Of a stretch of 54,125 nt of DNA, positions 30,801 through 39,009 are shown piece after piece (the first letter of the stretch is position 1; each line of letters begins with the position of its first letter). The notes below the pieces were generated by a model. It made no database searches and was not told the origin of the DNA. It saw only the letters and a list, made by a program, of their open reading frames with translations. Position numbers and translations under genes: made by a program. Where the stretch lies: assembly GCA_948472955.1 (NCBI GenBank), contig CAOKVW010000003.1, forward strand, positions 1 to 54,125. Direction: 5' to 3'. The DNA comes from an uncultured Clostridium sp. GTDB lineage: Bacteria; Bacillota; Clostridia; TANB77; CAG-508.

Positions 30801-33800
30801 ATGTTATTTTTGCTGTTCTAGTTCCTTCTGTACTAGTATCAAATCCACTTATCATTTCATCTGTTATTTCAATTCCTTCTGGAAGCCCTACTTCTCTTGC
30901 TACAAAAATGGATAATCCATTTTGTAGTCCTTCGTTTACATTGTATTGTTTTTTTGCATTTTCTTGTAAGGTGATTCCTGTTACTGTGTTTATGATTGTG
31001 ATTGGATACGCTATTGTTTCTGTTTTTTCATCTTCTGTATAGGTTATTTTTAGTGTTTTGTTAGCTTTGTTCGTACTATCATAACTTGACATTGTTGTGG
31101 ATGCTGCTGTTGTTCCATCATTTTCAAATATCATATCTGCTGTCATCGTTCTGTTTTCTATTTTATCATTTGAAAATGTGACTGTTATGGTTCCATTTGT
31201 TGCTAACTCTTCTCCATGTTTATATTCTGTTTTTTCTGGTGCTGTTATTGCTATACTTTTTACAGTATTCCTTAAATGGATAGTTAATGTTGCTGTTTTG
31301 TCTTCTCCTTTGGTACAACTATTTTCATCCTCATCTGTATAGGTTACTGTTAAGTTTTGTTCCTCTGTTACTTGTTTATCATATCCTTCTACCATATTTT
31401 CTGTTACATCTACTGCTGTTTTTGCTCCTTCTTTTGCATAGGTTACGGTATATTTTACATGATTATCTGTTAATAATTTTGATAACTCATCATTATATTT
31501 TCCTATTATACTGTTTGGATGAATGCTGATTCCTGTTACATAATCTTTCACTACTATTTTAAATGTTGTCGTTACTGGATTTCCTTCTGCATCGGTTCCA
31601 TATTCTACTGTTACTGTTTGCTCTCCTAGTTTTTCTTTGTCATAGGTTCCTGCTTTTATCATCGTACTTTCTAGTGGTATGGTTTCTGTTTTGCTTCCTT
31701 TTACTACTTGTATCGTTGCTCCCTCTAAGTTTAGCTCTTCTCCGTATTTTTGTGCTTCTTTTGGAGGTGTTCCCATACTGATTGATTTTACGGTATCTGT
31801 TACTGTGTAGGTATAATCTGCTGTCTTTGTTACTCCATTTTCTGTGTATGTTATTTTTGCTGTTCTAGTTCCTTCTGTACTAGTATCAAATCCACTTATC
31901 ATTTCATCTGTTATTTCAATTCCTTCTGGAAGCCCTACTTCTCTTGCTACAAAAATGGATAATCCATTTTGTAGTCCTTCGTTTACATTGTATTGTTTTT
32001 TTGCATTTTCTTGTAAGGTGATTCCTGTTACTGTGTTTATGATTGTGATTGGATACGCTATTGTTTCTGTTTTTTCATCTTCTGTATAGGTTATTTTTAG
32101 TGTTTTGTTAGCTTTGTTCGTACTATCATAACTTGACATTGTTGTGGATGCTGCTGTTGTTCCATCATTTTCAAATATCATATCTGCTGTCATCGTTCTG
32201 TTTTCTATTTTATCATTTGAAAATGTGACTGTTATGGTTCCATTTGTTGCTAACTCTTCTCCATGTTTATATTCTGTTTTTTCTGGTGCTGTTATACTTA
32301 TCGTTTTAATTGGATTTTCTACTTCTACGACAAAACTTTCTGTCACTTTATCTGAAATAGTTGTTCCATCTGATAATGTATAAGTTACTGGATATTCAAC
32401 TGTCACTGTTTGTGTTCCAATTGTCTTTTTATCATATCCCTTTATGCTAACAGAAGGTTCTGTTAATTGAATATCTGTCGTTTTATTATCATGCCATATT
32501 AGTGTTAATTTTCCCCCTGCTAAATTTAAATCTGTATCATAGGTAAGATTCGTATTAGATGGTTCTATAATTGATGATGCTTTTACGTAATTATAAAATT
32601 CTACATCAATTGTTTTGGTCGCTGTTTTTTTACCAAGACTTACTGATAATTGTTGTTTCATACCTACTGTTGTATTATTATAATCTTCTACTGTAATACT
32701 TCCATCTGGGAGATTAACATTTGTCGTATTGCCACTTCCTAAATTAACTTTTACAACTGCTCCTGATAAATCTAAAGTTTCTCCACGTTTATAGATTGTT
32801 TTAGAAGGTTGTTTGATTAATTCAATACCATCAATCGTATCATTTACAATTACGGTTTGTTTTACTTGTTTTCCTTCATAATTAAAGATAATTTCTTGTT
32901 TTCCACTGACTGGAACAACTCCATCTCCTGATGTTTTCGTAAAATTCTCTGAATTAATATTAGCTGTTTCTTCACTGACTGTAACTCCTTCACTTTCTTT
33001 TGTTAAAGTAAGTTTCGCTCCACTTTTTTTCGTTACTTCTAATTGCAAGTCTGTAAAATCTAAATCTGCTCCATGTATATATTCTATATTAGACATCGGT
33101 CTTTTTACTGTTAAAGAATTGACTGGATCCTTTACTGTGATAGGAAAAGAAAGTTCTTTCCCTCCATAACTTATTGTTACTTGTGGACGATTGACATTAG
33201 CTTCTGTTCCAGAAACTATACTTACTTTTGGGTCTGTCATACTAATATCTTCTCTTTTTCCATCTGCATAAGATACAGTAATTTCTCCACCTTCTAAATT
33301 GATGGCATCACCATGCTCATAAGTTGTATTGTTTGGATTTGTTTTTATCGTTATACTATCAACTACTTTACTTGATTCATCTACAAATCCTTCCAATTTC
33401 AAATAAGAAGCATCTGTTGCATATTTAGGTGTTGGATTTCCTTGTTGTTCATCTTCATCCCACCCAAATTTAAACCCAGCTGTCTCTGCTGTTGGGCTTA
33501 ATGTTAATAAATCAGAAGTTAAATCATCTTCTGTTAAGGTGTCATCTGTTAATCTAAATGTCATTGTATAAATCAACATATATCCTTGATATATGCCATT
33601 CGCATCTGCTCCATAATCCATTGGATTTTCAGGTTCCCCTGTGTTTGGTATTAATCGAAAGGTGTTAGCCTTTGTATCTAAATATGACGTTGATGTCATA
33701 AACGTTGTTGAATATCCTGATTCTAAATTTACTGCTTGTGTTAATTTAGTAGCTGGCTTCTTTGTACTTTTATTAGCTGGCTCAATTTTACTAGCATCAT

Positions 33801-34050
33801 ATTTAAGTTTTAAGTCAAACATATAAGGATAAAAATCTCCTACAAATGCAAATTGTACTTGAAACCACTTTCCTCCTGCACTTGGTTCAATGTCCGTAGT
33901 TCTTCTTATTACAACTGCTGGTTGCTGAGGTGTTGATGCAGCATTTGATACATTTGTTAATAATCCAAATGGTGACAATACCTCTAACATAAGAATCATG
34001 AGCATGATCAAGGCTATGATTTTACTTTTGTTAATCTTCTTTTCTTTCAT
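27895..34050 (-). CDS. 2051-aa surface protein: signal peptide, cohesin-like N-domain, many Ig-like (Big_3-type) repeats, charged linker, C-terminal TM
   Basis: Repeating P.K..Y..GE.LDL.GG.I.V...SG motif; C-terminal hydrophobic segment followed by RRNVK. Confidence 0.85.
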   Translation of the reverse strand: MKEKKINKSKIIALIMLMILMLEVLSPFGLLTNVSNAASTPQQPAVVIRRTTDIEPSAGGKWFQVQFAFVGDFYPYMFDLKLKYDASKIEPANKSTKKPATKLTQAVNLESGYSTTFMTSTSYLDTKANTFRLIPNTGEPENPMDYGADANGIYQGYMLIYTMTFRLTDDTLTEDDLTSDLLTLSPTAETAGFKFGWDEDEQQGNPTPKYATDASYLKLEGFVDESSKVVDSITIKTNPNNTTYEHGDAINLEGGEITVSYADGKREDISMTDPKVSIVSGTEANVNRPQVTISYGGKELSFPITVKDPVNSLTVKRPMSNIEYIHGADLDFTDLQLEVTKKSGAKLTLTKESEGVTVSEETANINSENFTKTSGDGVVPVSGKQEIIFNYEGKQVKQTVIVNDTIDGIELIKQPSKTIYKRGETLDLSGAVVKVNLGSGNTTNVNLPDGSITVEDYNNTTVGMKQQLSVSLGKKTATKTIDVEFYNYVKASSIIEPSNTNLTYDTDLNLAGGKLTLIWHDNKTTDIQLTEPSVSIKGYDKKTIGTQTVTVEYPVTYTLSDGTTISDKVTESFVVEVENPIKTISITAPEKTEYKHGEELATNGTITVTFSNDKIENRTMTADMIFENDGTTAASTTMSSYDSTNKANKTLKITYTEDEKTETIAYPITIINTVTGITLQENAKKQYNVNEGLQNGLSIFVAREVGLPEGIEITDEMISGFDTSTEGTRTAKITYTENGVTKTADYTYTVTDTVKSISMGTPPKEAQKYGEELNLEGATIQVVKGSKTETIPLESTMIKAGTYDKEKLGEQTVTVEYGTDAEGNPVTTTFKIVVKDYVTGISIHPNSIIGKYNDELSKLLTDNHVKYTVTYAKEGAKTAVDVTENMVEGYDKQVTEEQNLTVTYTDEDENSCTKGEDKTATLTIHLRNTVKSIAITAPEKTEYKHGEELATNGTITVTFSNDKIENRTMTADMIFENDGTTAASTTMSSYDSTNKANKTLKITYTEDEKTETIAYPITIINTVTGITLQENAKKQYNVNEGLQNGLSIFVAREVGLPEGIEITDEMISGFDTSTEGTRTAKITYTENGVTKTADYTYTVTDTVKSISMGTPPKEAQKYGEELNLEGATIQVVKGSKTETIPLESTMIKAGTYDKEKLGEQTVTVEYGTDAEGNPVTTTFKIVVKDYVTGISIHPNSIIGKYNDELSKLLTDNHVKYTVTYAKEGAKTAVDVTENMVEGYDKQVTEEQNLTVTYVDNDENSYTKGEDKTETLNVTLIDEVSSLEIENTPKTNYKYGESLDVSNGTLKVIRTSGEASIPIKPDMVTEIDGKPFNGKRLGTRNLNVTYCGITKTYEITVSDYVKGVILTPPTKVKYEYGESLNLEGGRIQKVMASETATTPVSLSNSSVTLSTFYPNKEGAQTITVTYEGFTEKFGVIVEDNIQSITLQEPTKKQYRYGESLNVVGGKITATRTSGKTETINITTSMVTGYKPNQLGNQTLTVTYKGKTATYSIHVEDYVKDMEVVKPNKLIYKIGESIDLTGGQVKTIMASGVATSPVAMTNANVKIVGFDSNSEGAKLIKVTYQGITKTFGITVIDKLSDMRLKTLPNKLDYRYGESLDVTGGTIEIEKESGAKEIIKMTKDMVLGYNSKKIGAQTLIVSYQGLKQQFIVNVEDYVSKLKVQVPSKIEYEYGEYLDLTEGKVSIIMASGKIEETVEMTASMVSGFNAKQEGKQTIKVDYKGLQGSFQVNVVDRVKGISVNTKPNKVIYHYSEKLDVTGATIHVVKSSGIYTIPVTQNMISGYDANTPGTQIITITYGGFTTKFIVKVNEPEVTEKPEIPAKQPEKSDNNTSEKPEKVVPNRKVNLSTQKTRKESMTTEQIAQEKQDNTITETSFIQETKEESQEKARERATEEKSTEKSTQEKSNEKPTETLGVKDKKIKDSRRKKVIQAIIGGIELLMLLILIFFRRNVKIYVEENGELVLGGLDKLTPRHLKLNIDSYLDGETYENKVKIRLSDFISRRLDGKTIQIKHRGKVITRKIKYKKQPFEIILK
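30292..32295. repeat. Tandem intragenic duplication, period 1047 bp (349 codons)
   Basis: 30292..31248 matches 31339..32295; shadow ORFs on the opposite strand recur identically at offset 1047. Confidence 0.93.
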
Positions 34051-34071
34051 GTTTTCTTTCCTTTCTAATTT

Positions 34072-35578
34072 TTAGTATTTTTTTACTGTTTTCATCGTAT
34101 CATAGTAAATATTAATATAGGTTAAGTCTTCTCCTTCTATAATGCCATCTTCATTTAAATCATATGCCTCTTCATAATCTGCTTCTGTCTCTCCTACATC
34201 ATAATAAATGTTAATACAAGTTAAATCTTCTGCTTCTACAATTCCATCTTTGTTTACATCTCCAGGAATTAATTGTATATTTCCTAAATCGATTTCGTCA
34301 TTTTGGTTGATTGCTATTTCGGTTACAATATAATCTAAATAACCTTTTTTATCCATTAACACATCATAAGTTCCTGGAATCACTTTTATTTCATAGTTTC
34401 CATCTTCCTTGGTCTTTATGTTTGTTGCTGTTTCTATTAAATCTATTTCATCATGTCCTTCTAAGTTTTCCCAATCAATTTGTTCCTTATTATCATAAAG
34501 TTTTACATCTGCTATATGTATATCATCTGCATTGATTGTATGGATAGAGCCTTTTATGGTTCCAAATGGTCTTTTAATTGTTATGGTATATTCTTTCTTG
34601 GTTTTGCCATCTTCTGCTGTTACTATTATTGTTACTTTTGTGTCTTCTTCTCCTAATTCATTTAATAGAATTTCTAATGGCACATTATTCTGTATTTCCT
34701 TTTCTTCGTCTATTTTCGGTAATTTTACTTTCATAGTTGCTTTCGTATCATTTTGCGTAGCTTTTATCTTCATGATATCTACATCTTCTAATAAAGTTAA
34801 TTCATAATTTAAAATGTCTTTATTAAATGTTGGTGTTAGTTCATATTCTTTATCTATTATTTCTTCATCTTCTTGACTTCTACTTAAAATTAGATTACTT
34901 AAACTTGCATCCTTAGAAAGTATCTCATCAGTAAATCTGAATGTAGATTGTGCTTGATAATTTTTGATTCCATTTATATTAATTTTAATTCCTGTATGAG
35001 GATAATCTTCCTCATTCTCGACCAAATGAAACCATTCCACATCAAATACATCTGCTGTCATTTGAAAGCTCATCTTTCCAAGTAAAACTCCTCCATCTGT
35101 ATTGACTACTTTTCCAATTCCTTCTTTATCAATAATGTGCTCACTCTCTGAAACTGGTGGACGGAATGCAATGGTTCCTCTTATTCCCTCTCCTTCTCCT
35201 TCATATGGTATGGTTGAATATTGTAAAGCTTGTTTAAATTCTTCCTCAAATTCGAAATATTCTAATGTGTTATTCGTTATCTCATTTGTTTTTAAATTAG
35301 AAGGTTGTACTTTTGTACCATCATAAGAAAAACGCACATCAAATCCGTTTAAATTCGATATTATTGCCCCATAATTCCATCATTAATTGTTTGTTTTTAC
35401 CTTCTACGTCAGTTACTTTTACAGCTCTTAATTCAAAATACGAATTTTCTGGAGGAACAATACAATCTTTATCTGCTTCTGACGCCATAATAATAGTAGC
35501 ACTTACACATATGATAGTAATACATGCTATTACTATTTTTAATGTCTTTTCACTTAACTTTAATTGTAGTAATTGCAA
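34072..35578 (-). CDS. Secreted protein: cohesin-like, cadherin-like and C-terminal dockerin-like domains; +1 shift at CGG 35347; 501 aa if joined
   Basis: AAAGGAG RBS, TTG start and signal peptide in the first frame; IEFK|GFDVRFSYD; PGDVNKDGIVEAEDL / YDLNEDGIIEGEDL. Confidence 0.82.
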
Positions 35579-35799
35579 TGATAGGCACTCCTTTCGCTTA
35601 TTTTTGCTTTACTTTTATTATAAAGGAGAAAAAAAAATAGTGTCAATGACACTATTTTCCTTATTTTTAATCTGATTTCTATTTATTCTTACGGTTTTTC
35701 CTATTTGTTCAAGAATTTTATTAATTATTAAATTTCGGTAACTTTCGTGTAACAAATATTACACATATTTTGTATCTATACAGCCTACATCTTCTTTCC

Positions 35800-36333
35800 C
35801 TAACCATTTTCTTCGACTCCCATAAATAATTGGACAAATACTTTTCCATAAATTGGGCTTTCCATTACGCAAATTCCTGTATAGTTAAATTTTTCATCTA
35901 ATATATTTTCTTTATGGGAAGGAGAATGAATCCATGCTTCTGCTGCTTTTTCTGGTGTTATATTTCCCGCTAAATTCTCTCCTGCAGTGGCATAATCAAT
36001 TCCATTTTGTTCTAACATTTCAAATGGAGTTCCTAATTTCTCTGAAGTATGGGAAAAATATTCATTTTCTACTAAGTCCTTCGCCTTTATTTTAGATACC
36101 TCTTGTAGTTTAAAAAGTGGTTGTAATTCTTCTAAACCATTTTGCTTTCTATATTCGTTTACTAATTTTAAGGTTTCTTCTTCCTCTTGTGTTAAAATAA
36201 CCTCTCCTCGTTCTACTTCTATTTTTTCTGTCTCTCCTAACATTGTTTGATACGTTGCAAATGAAATACTTTCTACTAAAATAATGATTACAAAAATAAA
36301 TAAAATACCAATCTTTCTTTTTGATATTTTCAT
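35800..36333 (-). CDS. CAP/SCP domain protein (YkwD-like)
   Basis: LVNEYRKQNGL, YFSHTS..GTPFEML, AGENLA, WIHSPSHKENIL; likely start is ATG 36333. Confidence 0.88.
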   Translation of the reverse strand: MKISKRKIGILFIFVIIILVESISFATYQTMLGETEKIEVERGEVILTQEEEETLKLVNEYRKQNGLEELQPLFKLQEVSKIKAKDLVENEYFSHTSEKLGTPFEMLEQNGIDYATAGENLAGNITPEKAAEAWIHSPSHKENILDEKFNYTGICVMESPIYGKVFVQLFMGVEENG

Positions 36334-36520
36334 TTTATACACATCCCTTAACTTTTTTCTTTTTATTTTTTTCTTAAGTTTTGTGCCTCTTTTTATTTTA
36401 TCCGTAGTAGTTTTGCTTGATTCCTTTTTGCAAAATACAGTCTTATTATACAATATTTGCCAAATTATGTCAACACTTTTCTTTGGATTTTGGTCTTTTG
36501 AAAGTTCCCTCATTTTCATT

Positions 36521-36584
36521 TGATATGAAAAGCTACTGTAAATTTTAGATAAGCTAAGCTCTTATAGAAATTCTATGTCAAAAA
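36521..36584. repeat. Degenerate partial copy of the left arm of the 27.3-kb palindrome
   Basis: ATTTTAGATAAGCTAAGCTCTTATAGAAATTCTAT vs ATTTTGGATAAGCTAAGCTTTTGTAGAAACTCTAT at about 27367. Confidence 0.7.
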
Positions 36585-36622
36585 ATTAGAGAGAATGTCT
36601 TTCATTTCATTCTCTCTATACC

Positions 36623-37910
36623 TTATCTACCAGTAACTGGTAACTTTTTCACATTAGATGAACTAACTTCCTTACTTTTTTCATTTTTCTCAATTTTTAT
36701 TTCAGGTTTTTCTTGTGGATTATTATTCACTGTCACTTTGTATTGTTCATGTAAAACCACTTGTAAAGGAATTAGTTCTTGGTAAGCTTCATATCCTTCC
36801 TTTGCTCTTGTTTCCTTCAAATAATACTTTCCAGGAATCAAATGTTTTAACTCAATTTTTCCCTCTTTATTTGTTTTTAAATCAGAATATACTACTTTTT
36901 TATTTTCATCTAATAATTGAAATTCTGCACCTTCTAATTTCTTCTTTGTCTTACTATCTTGCTTTATAATGATTATTTTTGTTTCATTTTCTGGATAACT
37001 ATCACTTTTTTCTCCTCTACCATCTTCATAGGTCATGGCTGTTAATGCATAATCTTGTTTACTACTATTAGGTGCTGCTCCATACAAAATAGGTTTTGTT
37101 TGCACTTGACTTTCGACTGTCAATTTAAAAGAACCTTTTTCTGTCATATTTTTAATAGGGATTAATACTTTGAATTTTTCATTCGATGAAAATTCATTTT
37201 TAGTAGCATTTTTTATATCTGTAACTTTGATTCCTCCTATATCTTTTGCATTTTCTTTGATTATATTGATTTTATAATTTTTTATATTGGCTCCTGCTGA
37301 TACAGAAAATGTCTTAGATGCATATTGTGGATTTAATTTATCTTGTTTCCATTCTTTATCTTGTTTATTAATTTCTAATGTACTAGATATTTTTGTTTCA
37401 TTGGAATGATTGGCGTTATTAATAATTTGATTCATAGCATTTAAAGTTCTTCTTCCAGCATCTCCAATTGCTTCATAATCAGCTGGATTATTGCCATGTA
37501 TATAACAATAAACAGCCTGTTTTGTTGCTGTAAAAGCTTCTTCTTTATTGGCAACTCCTAATTCTTGTATGGACTTATAAGGATAACCATTAATAATCCT
37601 TCTCCATAGTCCCACATCTGTAATGGCTTCTTTTACAGAAACCGTATAAGCACCCTCTTGTGCTCCGTACCTTTGTCTTATCCAAACAATAGGCTGGATA
37701 ATTGACTCCATTATAACTATATTGAACATAACCTGTTTCTACAACTACACCTTTATATTTTAATAATTGACCACAATCACCTGCTGAATACATATGAGCT
37801 GAATTAATATAAGGTACTGCATATACCGCATTTACAAAACCTAAACCATTCATAATAAAAATGGTTAGTATGGTAAGTAATTTTTTTATTTTGCTTTTCT
37901 TTTTTTTCAA
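36623..37910 (-). CDS. Cys-Gln thioester-domain surface protein with SpaA/CnaB-like domain and terminal LPVTG; +1 shift at CGG 37667; 428 aa if joined
   Basis: Signal peptide; AYCLD in the first frame; NGYP and ATKQAVY in the second; LEGAEFQL...PGKYYLKET.A.EGY; KKLPVTGR*. Confidence 0.85.
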
Positions 37911-37928
37911 TTTATCATTCTTCCTTTC

Positions 37929-38519
37929 TTATTTCTTTTCAATTGCTTTGATACATCTTCTGTAATTTTCTTCATTTTCTACACAAGTAATTAATGTTAT
38001 GATATTATCTTCTGTATCTTCCAGACATGATAAATCTGTATCTTGTATAATATAGTTCTTTTTTACGAAATATTCTCTACTAGCACCATTATAATAGTAA
38101 ACAATTTTATCACCCTCTTTTAGTCTTTTTACTTCTGCAAAATAATTGTTTTCATATCCTCTATTATGAGCTGCTAGACAAACATTTCCCATCCATTGCT
38201 TACTTTCCTCGAAATGTCCAATAAATTTGTCTAGCACCTCTTTGGTTGTTCCTTCTGCAATACTAGCATTTAACTGAATACTTGGTATTTCAAGACACCA
38301 ATCTTTGTTTTCTTCTTTGGTATGGATTTGTAAATTTGAATCAATATTCTCTATTTTATTTTGACTACTTGGATTTACTTTAAATCCTGCTTTGAAAACA
38401 GCATTTTGAGATTGAAAATCAAAATGAGAACTAAATACATTTAGAATAAAAAATAGAATAGCAGAAATAATTATGCTTACTATATTAATATACCATGTAC
38501 TATATGGAAAAGTACCTAT
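37929..38519 (-). CDS. Sortase (class D-like); frame extends to an ATA start with an N-terminal TM; 196 aa
   Basis: LEIPSIQLNASIAEGT, GNVCLAAHN, ITLITC...RR; AAGGAG 9 nt before ATA 38519. Confidence 0.85.
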   Translation of the reverse strand: MGTFPYSTWYINIVSIIISAILFFILNVFSSHFDFQSQNAVFKAGFKVNPSSQNKIENIDSNLQIHTKEENKDWCLEIPSIQLNASIAEGTTKEVLDKFIGHFEESKQWMGNVCLAAHNRGYENNYFAEVKRLKEGDKIVYYYNGASREYFVKKNYIIQDTDLSCLEDTEDNIITLITCVENEENYRRCIKAIEKK

Positions 38520-38704
38520 TTTACCACGCTCCTTTATTATGTAATAATTCCTATTTCTTTTGAAAAATTAGAAATAATTTTTTCGAAAAAATTCTGTGAA
38601 ATAATTCTTTGAATTAAAAGTTAACTTCTGTCATTATAATAATACATTTTTTCCTTTTTGTAAAGCACTTTTCATCGCAAAATTCGACATTTTTACTTAT
38701 TTAT

Positions 38705-38957
38705 GTTACTGTTCAGCGTTATTAATATTGCTTTTTATAGTGAAAGTTTAATATATTATTTTTAAAATACCGCGTAAGCGACCAAACGAGCAAAGCGAGT
38801 GCGAATTGGAACAACCTACATCATTTAAATTATATAAAATTATTGTTAAAAATAATTTTATATAATTTAAATATCAGAGGGTTGTGACACCAAGGTATTA
38901 AAAAATAATATATTAAACTTTCACATAAGAAAATAAATCATAAGTCTGAACAGTAAC
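38705..38957. repeat. Nested palindrome of about 250 bp
   Basis: GTTACTGTTCAG, GTGAAAGTTTAATATATTATTTTT and ATTTAAATTATATAAAATTATT arms each have a perfect partner. Confidence 0.88.
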
Positions 38958-39009
38958 TTATTTATTACAATTTATCGTTATTAATCTTATATACAAAATT
39001 TATTACTTA

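Noticed and set aside
22389-35675. Numerous 60-120 aa plus-strand ORFs opposite the giant surface genes
   Set aside because: Antisense shadows of biased codon usage, with no RBS or motifs.
36334-36519. N-terminal extension of the CAP protein given in the ORF track
   Set aside because: ATG 36333 has an RBS-like sequence and begins a signal-peptide-like segment; the extension is AT-rich intergenic sequence.
1049-37667. Simple CGG reassignment to another amino acid, or stop-codon readthrough
   Set aside because: The conserved sequence continues in the +1 frame, not the same frame, so a triplet reassignment cannot repair these genes.
1049-37667. Homopolymer sequencing error as the explanation
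   Set aside because: Six of seven extra C's are isolated between A/T and G, and the many long A/T runs in coding regions show no frame errors. A different systematic artefact cannot be excluded without reads.
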